A DNA stretch of 64,000 nucleotides from Nageia nagi (GCA_050084985.1 JBITNC010000001.1:180854001-180918000), one strand, 5' to 3'; shown: positions 26,301-39,481, counted from the stretch's first letter. Program-made: numbers and translations. The notes: generated from the letters alone by a model not told the origin.

Positions 26301-29300
26301 TTGAGGAGTCAGGATCCTTAGGTTGGTTTGCATTGCGAGCATTTTCTTGAATTTCAACCTCAATAGGCTTTGGAAATGTATCTAGTGCATGTTCTTTTGT
26401 AGGTGTCAATAAGTTGGGGAGGACTAGAGGATTCTCAGCCCGGATAGGCATGATAGGCACCATAGGAACATCCTTTGGGATAACATTTTCAAGCTGTTGG
26501 GGAGGGAAATTTGGATACCTTGTTTCCTTCATGATAGCAACATCTTTCGTAATTTCCCTAACTACGGTGTGGATTCAAGGCTTAACTCCACCCAGAGTGG
26601 CATGCTCTCCTGGCCTTCCTTGGTGTCTTCTCACTCTTGAAGAGGAAGTGGATTTGTCAGCGGAGACAGTACGAGGGTCGTTTAGGTTCTGGATTCTCCT
26701 ATCAATTCGCCCTTCGGCTATTAGGATTTGATGAACCTCTTGGATCTGCTTCTCCTCCCTCTTATTTCAGTATTTTTCCTTGTTCTCAAGAGGTCCATGT
26801 TCATAGATCACAAGATTCCTAAATGCTCATTTGTAAAAACACTGGATTCTTCCTTCAGGCTCATAGTGGGAGGCTGCCTCCTCCTCACTGAAGTGGTAGT
26901 AAGATAATTATTTGCCCATCTCCTTAGCCTCCTGCCAGGTTGAGCAAGTGTAATCCCTGATTAAAACAGGGAGATTCGTTGTAGCATTTTTCTTCTTCCA
27001 TATATTTTCATATAAAAATAGCAGCTGTCTGCAAAATCCCACAAGGATGAGGTGGTTACTGGCATATCAAGGCAAGAGGTAAGGCCTAACTTCATAGCCA
27101 TAGACTCGGATGTAAGTATGTGCAGGGTCTTCTAGAAAGTAGTTAGCATCCCTTTGGATGGCCTCAACGGTTGAATCGGAGATCCGTTTCACCATTTGCC
27201 TCCCCTTAATTTCTTTATAAATTTGGAATTCCCATCCATTGTTCCTCATGGTGTAGTTGTCCTATCTTGACTCTAGCCACCACTTGGGGTAAGCTCTCCA
27301 TACAGCTTCTTTGGATTGTTCCAGATCTCAACCTTTGCATGGGCTGACTTCCTATTTTTGCCATGGAGGAGAAGGAAAACTAGGTAGGAATTCATATAAA
27401 ACTTTCTTGAAGAACCAATGTGAGCCAGTCCAGTTGGAACAAGAGGGAGTTGCTTATTACTCTACTCCACCTTATTCTCTGCCAGTTTCCAATTATGGCA
27501 ATGAATCCAATAAACTCTCTCCGGAACTTAAAGTCATCTTCTTTGCCAATGACCCTAGATAACATGCTAATGAAAAGTGTCGCCTCTTTGCATTTAATAA
27601 CTTGTTTCCTGTGAATCCTTTGCTTTCCTCTTCAAGCTAGTCTTTGATAAGACTTGCATCTTGTGGAGACTTCTCATAATATTCTAAAGAATCTCTCTCA
27701 GTATAAATGACCCCTTCATTGCTCCACTTAAAGGCTTCTTCAATCCCTGAAGGAGAGAAATCTAAGATTTTATTTCCATCAGTGTCATAGAGGGCTCGAT
27801 CCTTGAAGTTGGCATGCCTACCCACTTCGTAGCAGAGCTCTAGAAAAGGAACGGCAAAAGGAATTAATGTGGTAGTCGCCAATCCAGAAGTACACTACTT
27901 CTCTAAGGATCTGAAATTTATCTAATTCTCCAATAGCTTGAAGTGTCCGGATTGGGTTGGTGTGAGATTGGTTGGTATCCCGGATAGTGGTAAAATTATT
28001 CTTGAACTTGGCTGGTTTCAATGGATCTTTAGGATTTTCTTTCATGAATTCTATATGACTTCGTTTGGTCAATCTGGCCAATTGCAGCTCTCTCGATTTG
28101 CTTAGCTTAGAATTGATCTTCGCCATCTTTAACTTGCAAGCAGACTGAATTAGTAGCAACTAACTCTGACAGACGAGGGGTGCAATGCAAGGAGGGTGTA
28201 ATGCTTGACAGGCCTGTATGCCTTTATATGAAAGTAAGGTGACCAACTTCTTTCTACATGCAACGTTGACTAGAACCTAATTTTAATGCATGATTGATGA
28301 CAAGGTGGCCGACTAGTGGTTTCTCTTTTGAAATGCAAATGAATTCAAATCTTAAATGTATGAGATGACCACAAAACGGTAACAAAGTGCATGGGCCCAT
28401 TTCTAGGACATAAATGAACATTTGCTAAAATGATTTAAATGTAAAAAAGGGTGGTAGCATGCATTCACAATGATGGACGTCTATCTCCTAGGGACCATGT
28501 GACCATGTTGTGGAATGAGTTGATGCAAAACAAACGATGCAATGGACCATGAAATGCAAACAATAATGCAATAAGGAGGTGGTCGCACGATTTGGGAATG
28601 ATGGGAGTGTAACTTCTTGAAATCGTGCGACCAACACTATGAGACACTAACTTGGACTAAATCACCCTCCTTTCTCTTTTATAGCTGCTCAGGATTGCCA
28701 GATGGCAATAGTTCAAGGAGGAAAGGCAAGTGCTTCAACAAGTGTTGTTTATAATGCATGACAAAGGTGGTTGCATGCTTTCCAGAAGATGAAACTTTAA
28801 CTATTCATAACCATGTGAACATACTTAGTTGTTTTGGAGATGCAAAAAGGTGGTCGACCCTTCCTTAAAACTAAATGGAACCATGCGACCACTGAGAATG
28901 GATGATCAACATGCTAGACTTAGCCTCGAGATGCAGGAGTGATGGTGGTTGCTTGCCTTGAAAGGGATGCAAAGGTGACTATATGGAACCATGCGACCAC
29001 TAAGAATGGTGTATAAGTGCAAACAAGGGGTGGTTGCATGCTTTCAATAAGATGCAATGATGACTTTTATGTATCGTGCGACTAGTTTTGAGGCCAAGGT
29101 TGACTTGGTGAGCGTTGGACATGACAAGCTTTTATAGTTCCCTTCTTGATAGGTGTCCACATTGAGTTGGTTAGAGTGGAGGCTGAATGATTTCAAGACA
29201 AGCCGTTTGCATGCATGCTTAATGTTTGGAAGAGGTGGTCGCATACTTGGGGAAAGATGGAACTTCAACCATTTGAAACCATGCGAACATTTCTAACAAG

Positions 29301-30051
29301 CCTTCTTCCCAACACTTAGTCGATTCTTAAACTTAGAACTTTGAAAGGAGGGTTGTCGCATGGTTTAAGGAAGGTGAAAATGCTACTTTCAAGAACCATG
29401 CGAACACCTTTGAAGCTGCAATATGAATGTTAAGTGAACTAGATGGCCTTCCTTTATATATTGACTTCCTTGCCAAGTGCCCTCATCCATTTGGTTCAAG
29501 TGAAGGCCGAATGTGATCAAGGCAAATGCAACATGTTAGTAATGGTGGTCGGGAGGCCACAAAAAGATGAGTTTGCAACTAACTTGAATTGTGCGAACGC
29601 CCTTGGGAAGAGAATTTCTGTTACTTAAACCCAATATTATGCTTCGTGGTTGTTCAAGAGAGGTGTTCGCATGGTTAGAGGAAGATGACTTTGCAACTAC
29701 TAGAAACCATGCGAACACCCTCAAAATGGAGAATTTGAGGACTTAACAAATTTTTGAATGCTGAAACTTGCTTGAGAAGGTGGTTGTGCTATTCCACGAA
29801 AATGTATCTTTCCTTTGACATGTGATCAACCTTGAACTTAACCACTTTCGGATTTCACACTTGTTCCCATGCATGAATTTCCTGGAAAATGCTTGTTTTT
29901 CTTAAGTAAGCTTCTCATCTGATCTTAAAGTTGCACTTTGGGCTATTTTGAACAACTTTCTTCCATTCTTGCTCAAAAAATGTTGTTTGAAGTTGACGGT
30001 CCCCTTATCCTTTTGCAAAAAAAGGAGGAGGGGTGTGTTGAGGCGTCAACA
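23380..30051 (-). repeat. Putative giant 3' LTR (6,672 bp) of the Tat element
   Basis: Bounded by TGTTGACG...CGTCAACA. Its 29020-30051 end is repeated at 32923-33938, the other terminus of the element. No internal second LTR was seen. Confidence 0.65.
24655..28159 (-). pseudogene. Large unknown extra ORF (about 1,100 aa, interrupted) inside the putative LTR
   Basis: Successive minus-strand ORF fragments 27818-28159, 27637-27882, 27067-27249, 26194-26532, 25174-26124, 24842-25120. Helical N-terminal domain, YIRVYG..P..LP motif, Ser/acidic and basic low-complexity middle, coiled-coil-like end. Homologous to 50909-53372. Confidence 0.75.
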
Positions 30052-30089
30052 CTGTTTAAAATAAAATCAAACAAACAAAAATTAATATA

Positions 30090-32900
30090 CTCAGAGGATC
30101 TTAATTACTCTTCAAAAGCAGCATTCTTGCATGGTTGTGCTTCAGACCAACGGGTACAATAGTTGGTTGCTGTTAGTATGAACTGGTGGTTTGAAGAAGA
30201 ATGAGGATTAATGACTCCCATGAAGTCGAGCCCCCATTGGGCGAAAGACTTAGACTTGAGGACTGGTTGCAAAGGCAAATTGGAAATCTTTTGTCTTCCA
30301 ATAGACACTTGGCATACAAGACATTTCTTTGTGTATTCATGAGCATCCTTGAAGATAGAGGGCCAGTAATATCCAGCTTGTAATATTTGGTGAGCTAGAG
30401 TGCTTGCTGAAGCATGACCTGTGCCATTTTCTTGGTCATGGAATTGATGTAGGATTTCTTTGCTTTGAGATTCTTCCATGCATCTTAAATATAGCTCATC
30501 ATAATTTCTTCTATATAGCTTACCTCCTTGGATCATGAATTTTGCAACTTTATACCTTAGGGCTCTTCTTTGAGATATATTGAAACGAGAAGGATAAGTC
30601 CTAGCCATCAAATATCTAACTATATCTTCATACTAGGAGCTTTAAGGTAGGCTGGGCTATCATTACTTCATCTGGTTGAGACTCTGTTCCACAAACGGCT
30701 AATAGTTTAGTGAGTCCTTGCCCACGAACTATTTTCATTGGCTGGATCGACAAATCGTATTCTTGAAGAGCGGTGACCTAATATCCTCTCTTTTCTCCTA
30801 GCTCATACTGGATTAGGAGGGATTTCACAGCAGCATTTGCAATGTCCGCTATAACCTTGCTTCGCAGAATGTAGTGTTTGAATTTCTTTACTAAATGTAC
30901 TAAAGCATAGGCTTGCTTTTCCAATGCAGAATATCTTAAAGTGGCATCCTACAGAGGGGAGCTTATAAAAGCTATCGGTCTTTCATCTTGATTGTCGTCT
31001 CTCTAGGTGAGAACACCAGCAATGGAATGATTTGACGCAAATGAATAAAGAAAGAATGTCTTACTGTAATTTGGACTGATCAGCATTGGGGCATGACTTA
31101 TAGCCTTCTTGATTTCCTGGAAAGCCTTTTTAATCTTAGTATTCCATACTATATCAAACCCTTTTTTAACATATCATTGATGGGTCTTGCAATCTCAGCA
31201 AATCCGGAAATGAACTTGTAGATGAAATTTATCTTTCCCAAGAAAGACAGTTCTTTTATATTTGAGGGGTAAGGAATATTTTGGATAGCCATCACTCTCT
31301 CGGAATCAATTGATATTCCATGTTCTGAGATGACATGGCCCAACAATTTTCCGCTTGAGGTTCCAAATATTCTTTTCTTCCGGTTGAGAGAGATCCCAAA
31401 GCTTCGGCATCTTTCAAAAATCTTTTTCAAATCTCCTGCATGTTGAGACCTATTTTTTGAGAAAATCGTAAGGTCATCCCTATAGATGGTAATGGATTTC
31501 CCGATCAAACCTTTGAAAGCGAAGTCCATAGCTCTTTGAAAAGTTGCCCCGCATTGATCAGGTCGAACAACATACGACTATAGGCAAATGTTCCCCACTT
31601 GGTGGTGAAGGCTGTCTTCAATTGATCGTTTTTGTCGACTAGAATTTGATTATATTTTGAATATCCATCCAAAAATGACATCATCTGAGATCCATTAACT
31701 ATTTGTAAGACCTTGTCTAAAGAGGGCAGAGGGTAATTATCCTTTTCTGAGGCTTTATTGAGATGTCGAAAATCTATACAAACTCTTATCTCTTCGCTCT
31801 TCTTTCGGACTGGTACTATGTTTGCCACCCAAGATGAATGCCGTACTGGGAAGATGATACCGGCACATGCCAATTTTTGAACTTCTTAAAGAATGAGTGG
31901 TTCTAAAATAGGATTAACAACTCTTTGCCATTGTCTAAACGGTCTAATCTCTGGCTTAAGGGGTATAGTATGTGTGATGATAGCCAGATCATAAGTTTTT
32001 AATTGTTCATATTCCCAAGCTATAACATCAATGTAATCCTTTATAACTGAAATTATCCTGTCTCTTTCCTCTCCAACACATGATTTTCCAATCAATATAT
32101 GTCTAGGACAGGATGCTGTTCCTATGTTAACTTCTTCTACACCACCTACTCGAATATGGTCCTTCTTGCAGTGTTGGAGGGTATCTTGATCAAATAATTG
32201 CTCAAGAGAGACGATTCCTTTGGGAATTTTGTTATCTTTTAGCTGAATAACCCCATCCGAATCCCCATCTAGGACTTGAGAAATGTCTTCTTCTGTAGAA
32301 GCTTCCTCAATGACTTGAGAAGCGAATATACCAGGATTAGACATGTAGTCCTTGATTTGCTGTTTATCTTGAAAAACTTGAAAATTATAAACATTGTCCG
32401 GAATGGAAGGGATAGGAACCATTTGTATGGTAAATTTGCGTAGATTGATGTTTTCTAATGGCTGAAAGGTACAAGCTATGATAGCTAGGGCATCAACTAT
32501 GGAGTTCTGACTTCGGGGCACGACTTTGATCTCAAAGGATTCGAAATCCTTTACAAGGTCCCAAACTTGAGCTTTGTATAAATTCAACCTGGGATTTTTG
32601 CATGTGTACAAATTACAGACTTGCTTGACTACCAACTCAGAATCTCCGAGGACTTGGAGATGTTTGATTCCTTTCTTTAGAGCTAGCTTCAATCCTTGAA
32701 TAAGAGCTTCATACTCCGCAGTATTACATGTGCAGTGAAATTGCAGGCGATAGGAAGCTTGATACCATTTCCCTTTAGGATTTTGGAGCTCTACCCCAAC
32801 TCCATTCCCTAATCTGGATTTGGACCCATCAAACCTAAGGATTCAGGTTTGTTTCTTAGGATTACTACTTTATCATCACAAGGAACCATTTGATCTGGAG
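30090..32900 (-). pseudogene. Tat pol remnant in the order extra RNase H (aRH) - RT - RNase H - integrase (truncated)
   Basis: aRH: ILRFDGSKS..GVGVEL...YRLQFHCTCNTAEYEALIQGL...GDSELVVKQV (about 32850-32450). RT: SWVANIVPVRKK, RVCIDFRHLNKA, FLDGYSKYNQI, IYRDDL. RNase H at about 30700-31100. Integrase: HQILQAGYYWPSIFKDA..CLVCQ, QWGLDFMG. Confidence 0.9.
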
Positions 32901-32922
32901 GGTCCTTTCGTGGTTTTCCTCT

Positions 32923-33938
32923 CAAACAAGGGGTGGTCACATGCTTTCAATAAGATTCAATGCTGACTTTTATGTATTGTGCGACTAGTTTTGAGGCCAA
33001 GGTTGACTTGGTGAAAGTTGGACATGACAAGCTTTTATGGTTCCCTTCTTGATAGGTGTCCACATTGAGTTGATCAGAGTGGAGGCCGAATGATTTCAAG
33101 ACAAGCCGTTTGCATGCATGCTTAACGTTTGGAAGAGGTGGTCGCATGCTTGGGGAAAGATGGAACTTCAACCTTTTAAAACCATGCGAACACTTCTAAC
33201 AAGCCTTCTTCCCAACACTTAGTCGATTCTTGAACTTAGAACTTTGAAAGGAGGGTTGTCGCATGGTTTTAGGAAGATGAAAATGCTGCTTTCAAGAACC
33301 ATGCAAACACCTTTGAATCTACAATATGAATGTGTTAAGTGAACTAGGTGGCCTTCCTTTATATACTACTTCTTTGCCAAGTGCCCTCATCCATTTGGTT
33401 CAAGTGAAGGCTGAATGTGATCAAGGCAAATGCAACGTGTTAGTAATGGTGGTGGGGAGGCCACAAAAAGATGAGTATGCAACTAACTTGAATCGTGCAA
33501 ATGCCCTTGGGAAGAGAATTTCCATTACTTAACCCAATATTATGCCTCCTGGTTGCTCAAGAGAGGTGGTCGCATGGTTAGAGGAAGATCACTTTGCAAC
33601 TACTAGAAACCATACGAATACCCTCAAAATGGAGAATTTGAGGACTTAACAACTTTTTGAATGCTGAAACTTGCTTGAGAAGGTGGTTGTGCATCTTTCC
33701 TTCGACATGTAACCAACCTTGAACTTAACCACTTTCGGATTTCACACTTGTTTCCATGCATGAATTTCCCGGAAAATGCTTGGTTTTCTTAAGTAAGCTT
33801 CTCATCTGATTTTAAAGTTGAACTTTGGGCTATTTTGAACAACTTTCTTCCATTCTTGCTCAAAAAATGCTGTTTGAAGCTGACGGTCCCCTTATCCTTT
33901 TGTAAAAAAAGGAGGAGGGGTGTGTTGAGGCGTCAACA
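32923..33938 (-). repeat. Truncated 5' LTR (first about 1 kb of U3), direct repeat of 29020-30051
   Basis: Near-identical sequence from CAAACAAGGGGTGG to GGAGGAGGGGTGTGTTGAGGCGTCAACA, with one indel of about 16 bp. Fused directly to the aRH region, so gag, protease and PBS are missing. Confidence 0.92.
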
Positions 33939-36900
33939 ACATCTCCAACTTCAAAAGTATGGTCAATTGGTTGCCTATTAGCAAATAACTTTTGTTAGTT
34001 TTGAACCTGCTATAGCTGATCCTTTAGTCCCACCAAAATCTGTCTTCTTTGCTCCACAAAATCTTGGGCGGGTGGTAAAATTTTTGGTATGACTATTTTT
34101 GAGAATGTGTAATACCTTAAAGGGGGACATGCCAATGGACAAAAGATGAGTGTTGTAACGATATTCCTCCAAGTGTAGCCCTTTTACCCAAGTTGATTGA
34201 TGATCCATAGCGTAACTTCTCAAATATTGCTCGATCCATTTATTTACCATCTATCTTTGGCCATCGGTTTGGGAGGACATTTGGTACTAGGTGTTAATTT
34301 GGTTTCCATGAGTTCGAATTACTCTTGCCAGAAAGTAGTTAAGAATCTAGTATCTGTATCACTTACAATATTCCAAGGCAGGCCATGAAAAAAAATGCTT
34401 CTTTAAAGAACAATTCAGCCACTTGTGGGGCTGTATATGTATGAGACATAGACAAGAATTGTGCAAAGTTAGTAATTTGTTTTACCACCACAAAGATGCC
34501 ATTCTTACTACTTACTTGAGTCCATGGAGATTGATTCCCATTTTTTTTCCAGAACAGGTATTGGCTGATAAAGTCCTGTTCAATATGAATATTTAGGCCT
34601 CATTTTTGGCATATTCTGCACTCTATAACATATTGCATCACATCTGATTTAAGTCCCTTCCAAGCAAATCAATTTTTGATTTTTTTGTATGTCTTAAAAA
34701 ACCCTGTATGACCAGCTAGAGGGAGTCATGAAAGGTTGTAATGATTTTCTTTTTTAGCTTAGAATTTAGTACCACAAGTTTTTTGCCTTTATAATACACT
34801 ATTTCTTGCTTCACTTGATATCTTTTGTCCTTGTTTGAATCAGAAAATGTTCCTTCCAGTAATTGCGAAGTAAAATCATTTTTTGCATACTTAGCTATTA
34901 ATTCCCCTCTCCGAGCAAAGTCTATAAAAGAAACAACTAATATTTTAGGTCTTCTAAACAAAGCAACAATAACTTAATTGTTTTTACCATCGACATACTC
35001 AATGTCGAAATGCTTGGAATTTGCCTACCCACTTTTGCTGCCTTCCTTTTAAATCTCGCCGAGATAGGAAAAACTTTAGGCTGTTATGATATGTCCTCAC
35101 TACAAAATGACCACACACTAAATATTGCTTGAACATTTCCAAGGCATGCATTACAACCAACATTTTCTTGTTATAAATAGGGAATTATGGGTCTCTTTCA
35201 GTTTTCTGCTCTCAAATGCTATTGGTTGCCCTTTTTGCATGAGTACAACATCAATTCCTTACAATAAAAGGATTAAAAAAACCAGGTACAACAAAGATAG
35301 GGTCTGAACATATCACCTTTTTAAAGTGGTTGAAGGCTTCTTTGGCTTTAGGTGACCATCGGAAAGAACCATTTTTGTGAGTTTAGTCAAGGGGCAACGA
35401 ATTGTGAAAATACCTTGATGAACCTACGATAATAACTGCATAATTCCACAAACCCACACAGTTGTGTTAGAGTTTTCAAAGAAAGCCACTCTTGCATTGC
35501 TTGTATCTTCAATTAATCCATTTCGACTCCTTTCTTGTTGATAACATGGCCAAGGTACAAAATTTTCTTCATGCCTAACTCGCACTTGTTCTGTTTGACA
35601 AAGAATCATTGCTCTTGAAGGACAACCATGACGATCTCCAAATGTTCTAGGTGTTTCCCCCTCGCTCTGTTGTAAATCAAAATGCTATTAAAGAAGATTA
35701 ATACAAATTCTCATAAATATGTCGTGAATACCTCATTCATGGTTGAATGGAAAGTGATTGGTGCATTAGTCAACCCAAAGGGCATCACCAGAAACTCAGA
35801 AGGACCATAACGACACTGAAAAGCAATCTTGTAAGTGTCCTCGTGTTTAAGTTGAATCTTGTGGTACCTTGAATGTAGATCAATTTTGGAAAAGAACGTT
35901 GCTACGTGTAGCTCATTAATCAACTCATTAACATATGGAATAGGATATTGATTCTTAATGGGTTCTTGTTTAGGGCATGATAATCAATGCACGTTCTCAA
36001 TGTCCCATCTTTCTTCTTGACCAAAACAACCGAGGATGCAAAATTGGTTGTACTTGGATAGATATGTCCTAAAATGAGTAATTCTTTGATGGCATGCTCA
36101 ATCTCATACTTAAAACTACGAGGATGCCTATAGGGTGTGACCATAATAAGTCTGGTCATTGGTTCTAGTTTAGTGGTATGCTAAAAACCTTTATCTGGTG
36201 GAAGACCAACATATATATCATTAAACACAACATAATATTTTGTGAGAAGAGATTGTTTTTTGGGTAGATAAGTTACCTCAACAATAGTGGATTTGTCATT
36301 TGAACTTCCTTTGTAAGTGTGGTAGATAACAATCCATTCTACCTGACCTTTTCGGATGACTCTTTCAATTCTATTTGTAGTGATGGTTTGTACTTCTTTT
36401 AAGGCTACTCCCTTGATAAGTTGATTGTCTTCTCTTGCCTTTTGTCCTTAAACTTGAGAGCAAGATTTTCATAATTTTGCCTAAATTCACCCAAAGAGTG
36501 CAAGCATTGCACTCGAAACACTAAATGTGCTCCTCCGAGGGGAATTACATATTAATCATTAGTGATTTGATGTCCTTCTAGAACCACTATAAGCTGCCTT
36601 TTAGTTGCTTGCAAGAAATAAAATAACCATTAGCTATGTACAAATCAAAGCCTCCAAACTTTTTGATTTTTAAACGAAAATAGACCACTACACCTTGATC
36701 TATGAAGTTATGGGTAGCTCCACCATCAATAAGGGCTACAATTTGCTGCCCACCGATTCTACCCTTCACTCTGAAAGAGTGATATCTAGAAGCTCCCAAT
36801 AGTGCTTCTATAGTGGTAGATGACGACACCTCTTCTACTGGTTTTGTAACAATTAACTATTATGTCTCCTTCCCTTCATTTTCTTAGTACTGTACTTTTG

Positions 36901-38160
36901 CTTTAGATTTATTGTCTTCATCAGAGTACACCTCAATTAGGTGTACTTTGCCTTTTTCCATTCAATGATTTGAGGCGTTCATGGATATTTGCATGTGAAG
37001 CATAGTTGTTTCCTTCTCATCTCATTTCAAGTCATCTCCTGGTTTGGCTGTCTCTTTCATTTAGGATTGGTATTTGACTAGTGAGGAGGGTGAGACAGAC
37101 CAACTCCTAGTCTTAATGGAAAAGGCTTGTATGGGTGACTGGAAGATTTTGGGGCAATTCCCATAGTAGTTCCTTTATATGAGGATCCTAGAGAAGTTTT
37201 CTAGGAAGAAGAGTTTTTCAATGCAAGCTCTCTCTTTACTGCTGCTTGGAATTAATCAAGGTCAAAATCCTTAACAAACTCTTGCGTGGCTTCTCACAAC
37301 CCCTCTATGAACAAATAGATCAATATCTCTTTTGAAATGCTATGTACCATGACTGAAATTCTATGGAAAGCAACAATATATGCTTTTGTTGTCCCTTGTT
37401 GCTTTAAGTGTGTCAACTCTCTGAAGTTCTTCTCAAGGTTGATGACCTTAAAATGGTCTAGAAGCCTTTCATAGCACTGTTAATAGGTTTTCACAAAGCA
37501 TGTTCCTATGTTAATAAACCATGGTGCCATCATTCATGGGCCACTCCTTCTAGATGAAGGATTGGAAATTTTAAGGCTTCCTTCGCATACATAATGCTTA
37601 ATAAGAAGTATGCGTTTATCTTTTAGATCCATGCTTTTGCTGAAACCTTATTAGACCCGTCAAACGAGGGGACAATAAGCTTTACAAGGTGGTGATGCAA
37701 ATTCCAATGAGGCTGATTGTGAGCAGGTCCATGAAGGAGATATCCCATCAAAATTCCACACTCTTTGCTGCATATTTGGCATGGAGGGCATCTAGATCAT
37801 CCATATGTAGGTCTATCATGTCATTTCCTTGCTGCATGGCCTCCTTTTGCCAAAAAATGTCTCATGGTAATTTGGAACCGACGACTGATTTGGGTGGGGT
37901 GTTATCTGGCACAAAAATTGAGGTTTCTCCATATTCATTATTTCTTTGGGGTATAGATGTAGGTTTTAAACTATGAGTTCACACTACCCAAGTGAATATA
38001 TCAATGAGTAGTTGTTGTCCATCCTCCAATGCTCTCATTGTATTAAGAAACTCTAACTCTTTGTTATCATTTGGGATCTTTTGTAACTTCTTTTGTTCGT
38101 TAGCTGATATCTAATTTCTCTACATTGGTTGACATGCACAATATTTAGGCAATTGTGCTT
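33939..38160 (-). mobile_element. Chromodomain Ty3/gypsy gag-pol remnant (right fragment)
   Basis: gag VPSFDGS...AWI...LHLEGVAHE*WHHG (about 37500-37680); protease ALIDGGATHNFID; RT SSVVLVKKKDGTLRTCIDYHALN, FSKIDLHSRYHKI, EFLVMPFGLTNAPITF; integrase VNKWIEQYLRSY. Confidence 0.88.
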
Positions 38161-39310
38161 TTCCCACATGCTAGTAAAAATTCTACAGATCTACTCTACT
38201 CATAAGCTAACAATCAAGGCCTCTAGTTTCACACTTGCATGTCACATGCATATAGCTTTCTGATTGGGTATCCGTCTTGCATGCACTAACTCTAATTATC
38301 TAGATTATTCACTAACTCATCCTGATCCAATTATCAACTTTTTACATGGCATCATGAGATTCAAACTTTATTTTCAGAATATTTACTAATTACTTGACAT
38401 AATATTCTAAGACACACTTTATCATGACGACTAATTTACATAACATACTTTGACTACTTTACATATTAACTTCTATCAAATTTTGAGCAAGAATGACACC
38501 ATGACAAAAAAACATTTTCACCAAGACAATGACTATAAAGCTTGGCCTTTTGACATTTACTTTTACCATTGACCAGTTAGTGACTGACTTTTACTGTTTA
38601 CTGACCAATATTTACTTTTATCAACTATCTTTTATTGTTACCACCTTTTACCGACTTTTACCTATTGACAACTACTTATTGCTCTGATAATACACTTGTA
38701 CATTATGGTATACACCAACGATTGTACTAGCATGTTTACAACATTCTGATTGTTTTGTTAATCCTTTGCGCCATTTTAACTCCTTTGCATCCTTTGTTGC
38801 TCTTTGGTAGGCATCACTTGACAACATATTAGTACTTTTGTATTACTACCGTGTACTGTACATACTAGAGATTCAATTAAGAAGCAAATCTGTCAAAATC
38901 TGTTACGACAGTTCTGCAAATGGTTGTCACTTGGTTTGAAGACCCAACTGTACAAATTAGATATGATCTTTAGCTCTAGCTTATCTGCTCTCAAATAGAA
39001 GTAGCTAACTTGCCAGCATATATCCTTTACAATTTTTTGCTAGCTGGTAGGGCCACTTTGCAAGAAGGGTCAAAGGGTTAAACATATTTCTTTTGAAATA
39101 TATGAATATTAATATTAAATAAAAAAGATCTTCTGTAATATATCTTTTGAGGAGGACCATAACGTGGTTTCTCTTTGTTTCATTTACCATAATCCTGTGA
39201 TTAGAAAGGAACTCGAAATGAAAAATTGAACTGATTTATTAACTACCAATAAATCTTATTATCTAATTTCTTACCCATTGATTTCTCATTTCATGTGTTG
39301 TGAATTGCAG

Positions 39311-39481
39311 GCTGTAACAAGAGTATTTTCTCCCATTCACCAATGGCTTTACATAGATGCTATAGAATTGCTACCACCATCAGCTCCTAGATTTCAAGAA
39401 AGGTCTACTACTGGTTCACGGTATGATTCTAATATAGCAATGTTTGGGAAGGACTTTCAAGAAAAGATTGGTCATGGACAG
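39311..39481 (+). CDS. E1-like gene, coding exon 2 (57 aa)
   Basis: AVTRVFSPIHQWLYIDAIELLP...GSRYDSNIAMFGKDFQEKIGHGQ, flanked by TTGCAG| and |GTAAAA, phase 0 at both ends. Confidence 0.93.

Larger units (their letters stand above)
23380..33938 (-). mobile_element. Tat-clade Ty3/gypsy element (10.6 kb, internally deleted), nested in the chromodomain gypsy
   Basis: Termini TGTTGACG (23380) and CGTCAACA (33938). Flanks AGATT and ACATC are each one change from AGATC, and collapsing them restores the host integrase frame EVGD(L/V)IFL. Minus-strand pol present. Confidence 0.85.
15276..39310 (+). other. Intron of the E1-like gene, 24,035 bp, filled with nested retroelements
   Basis: GT at 15276 and TTGCAG ending at 39310. 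Joining gives QEAIK|AVTRVFSPIHQWLYIDA, matching E1 QExxKAxxxKFxPxxQxxYFD. Confidence 0.9.

Noticed and set aside
28550-29730. CRISPR-like reading of the spaced repeats
   Set aside because: Eukaryotic LTR context, alternating orientation, degenerate repeats, related spacers and no cas genes.
29044-33532. Duplicated short ORFs (MKFHLSPS..., ...LPSALIHLVQ...)
   Set aside because: Chance frames within the duplicated LTR segment.
38681-38692. GCTCTGATAATA as the PBS of the chromodomain gypsy
   Set aside because: Mismatched to GCTCTGATACCA and no partner LTR could be found.
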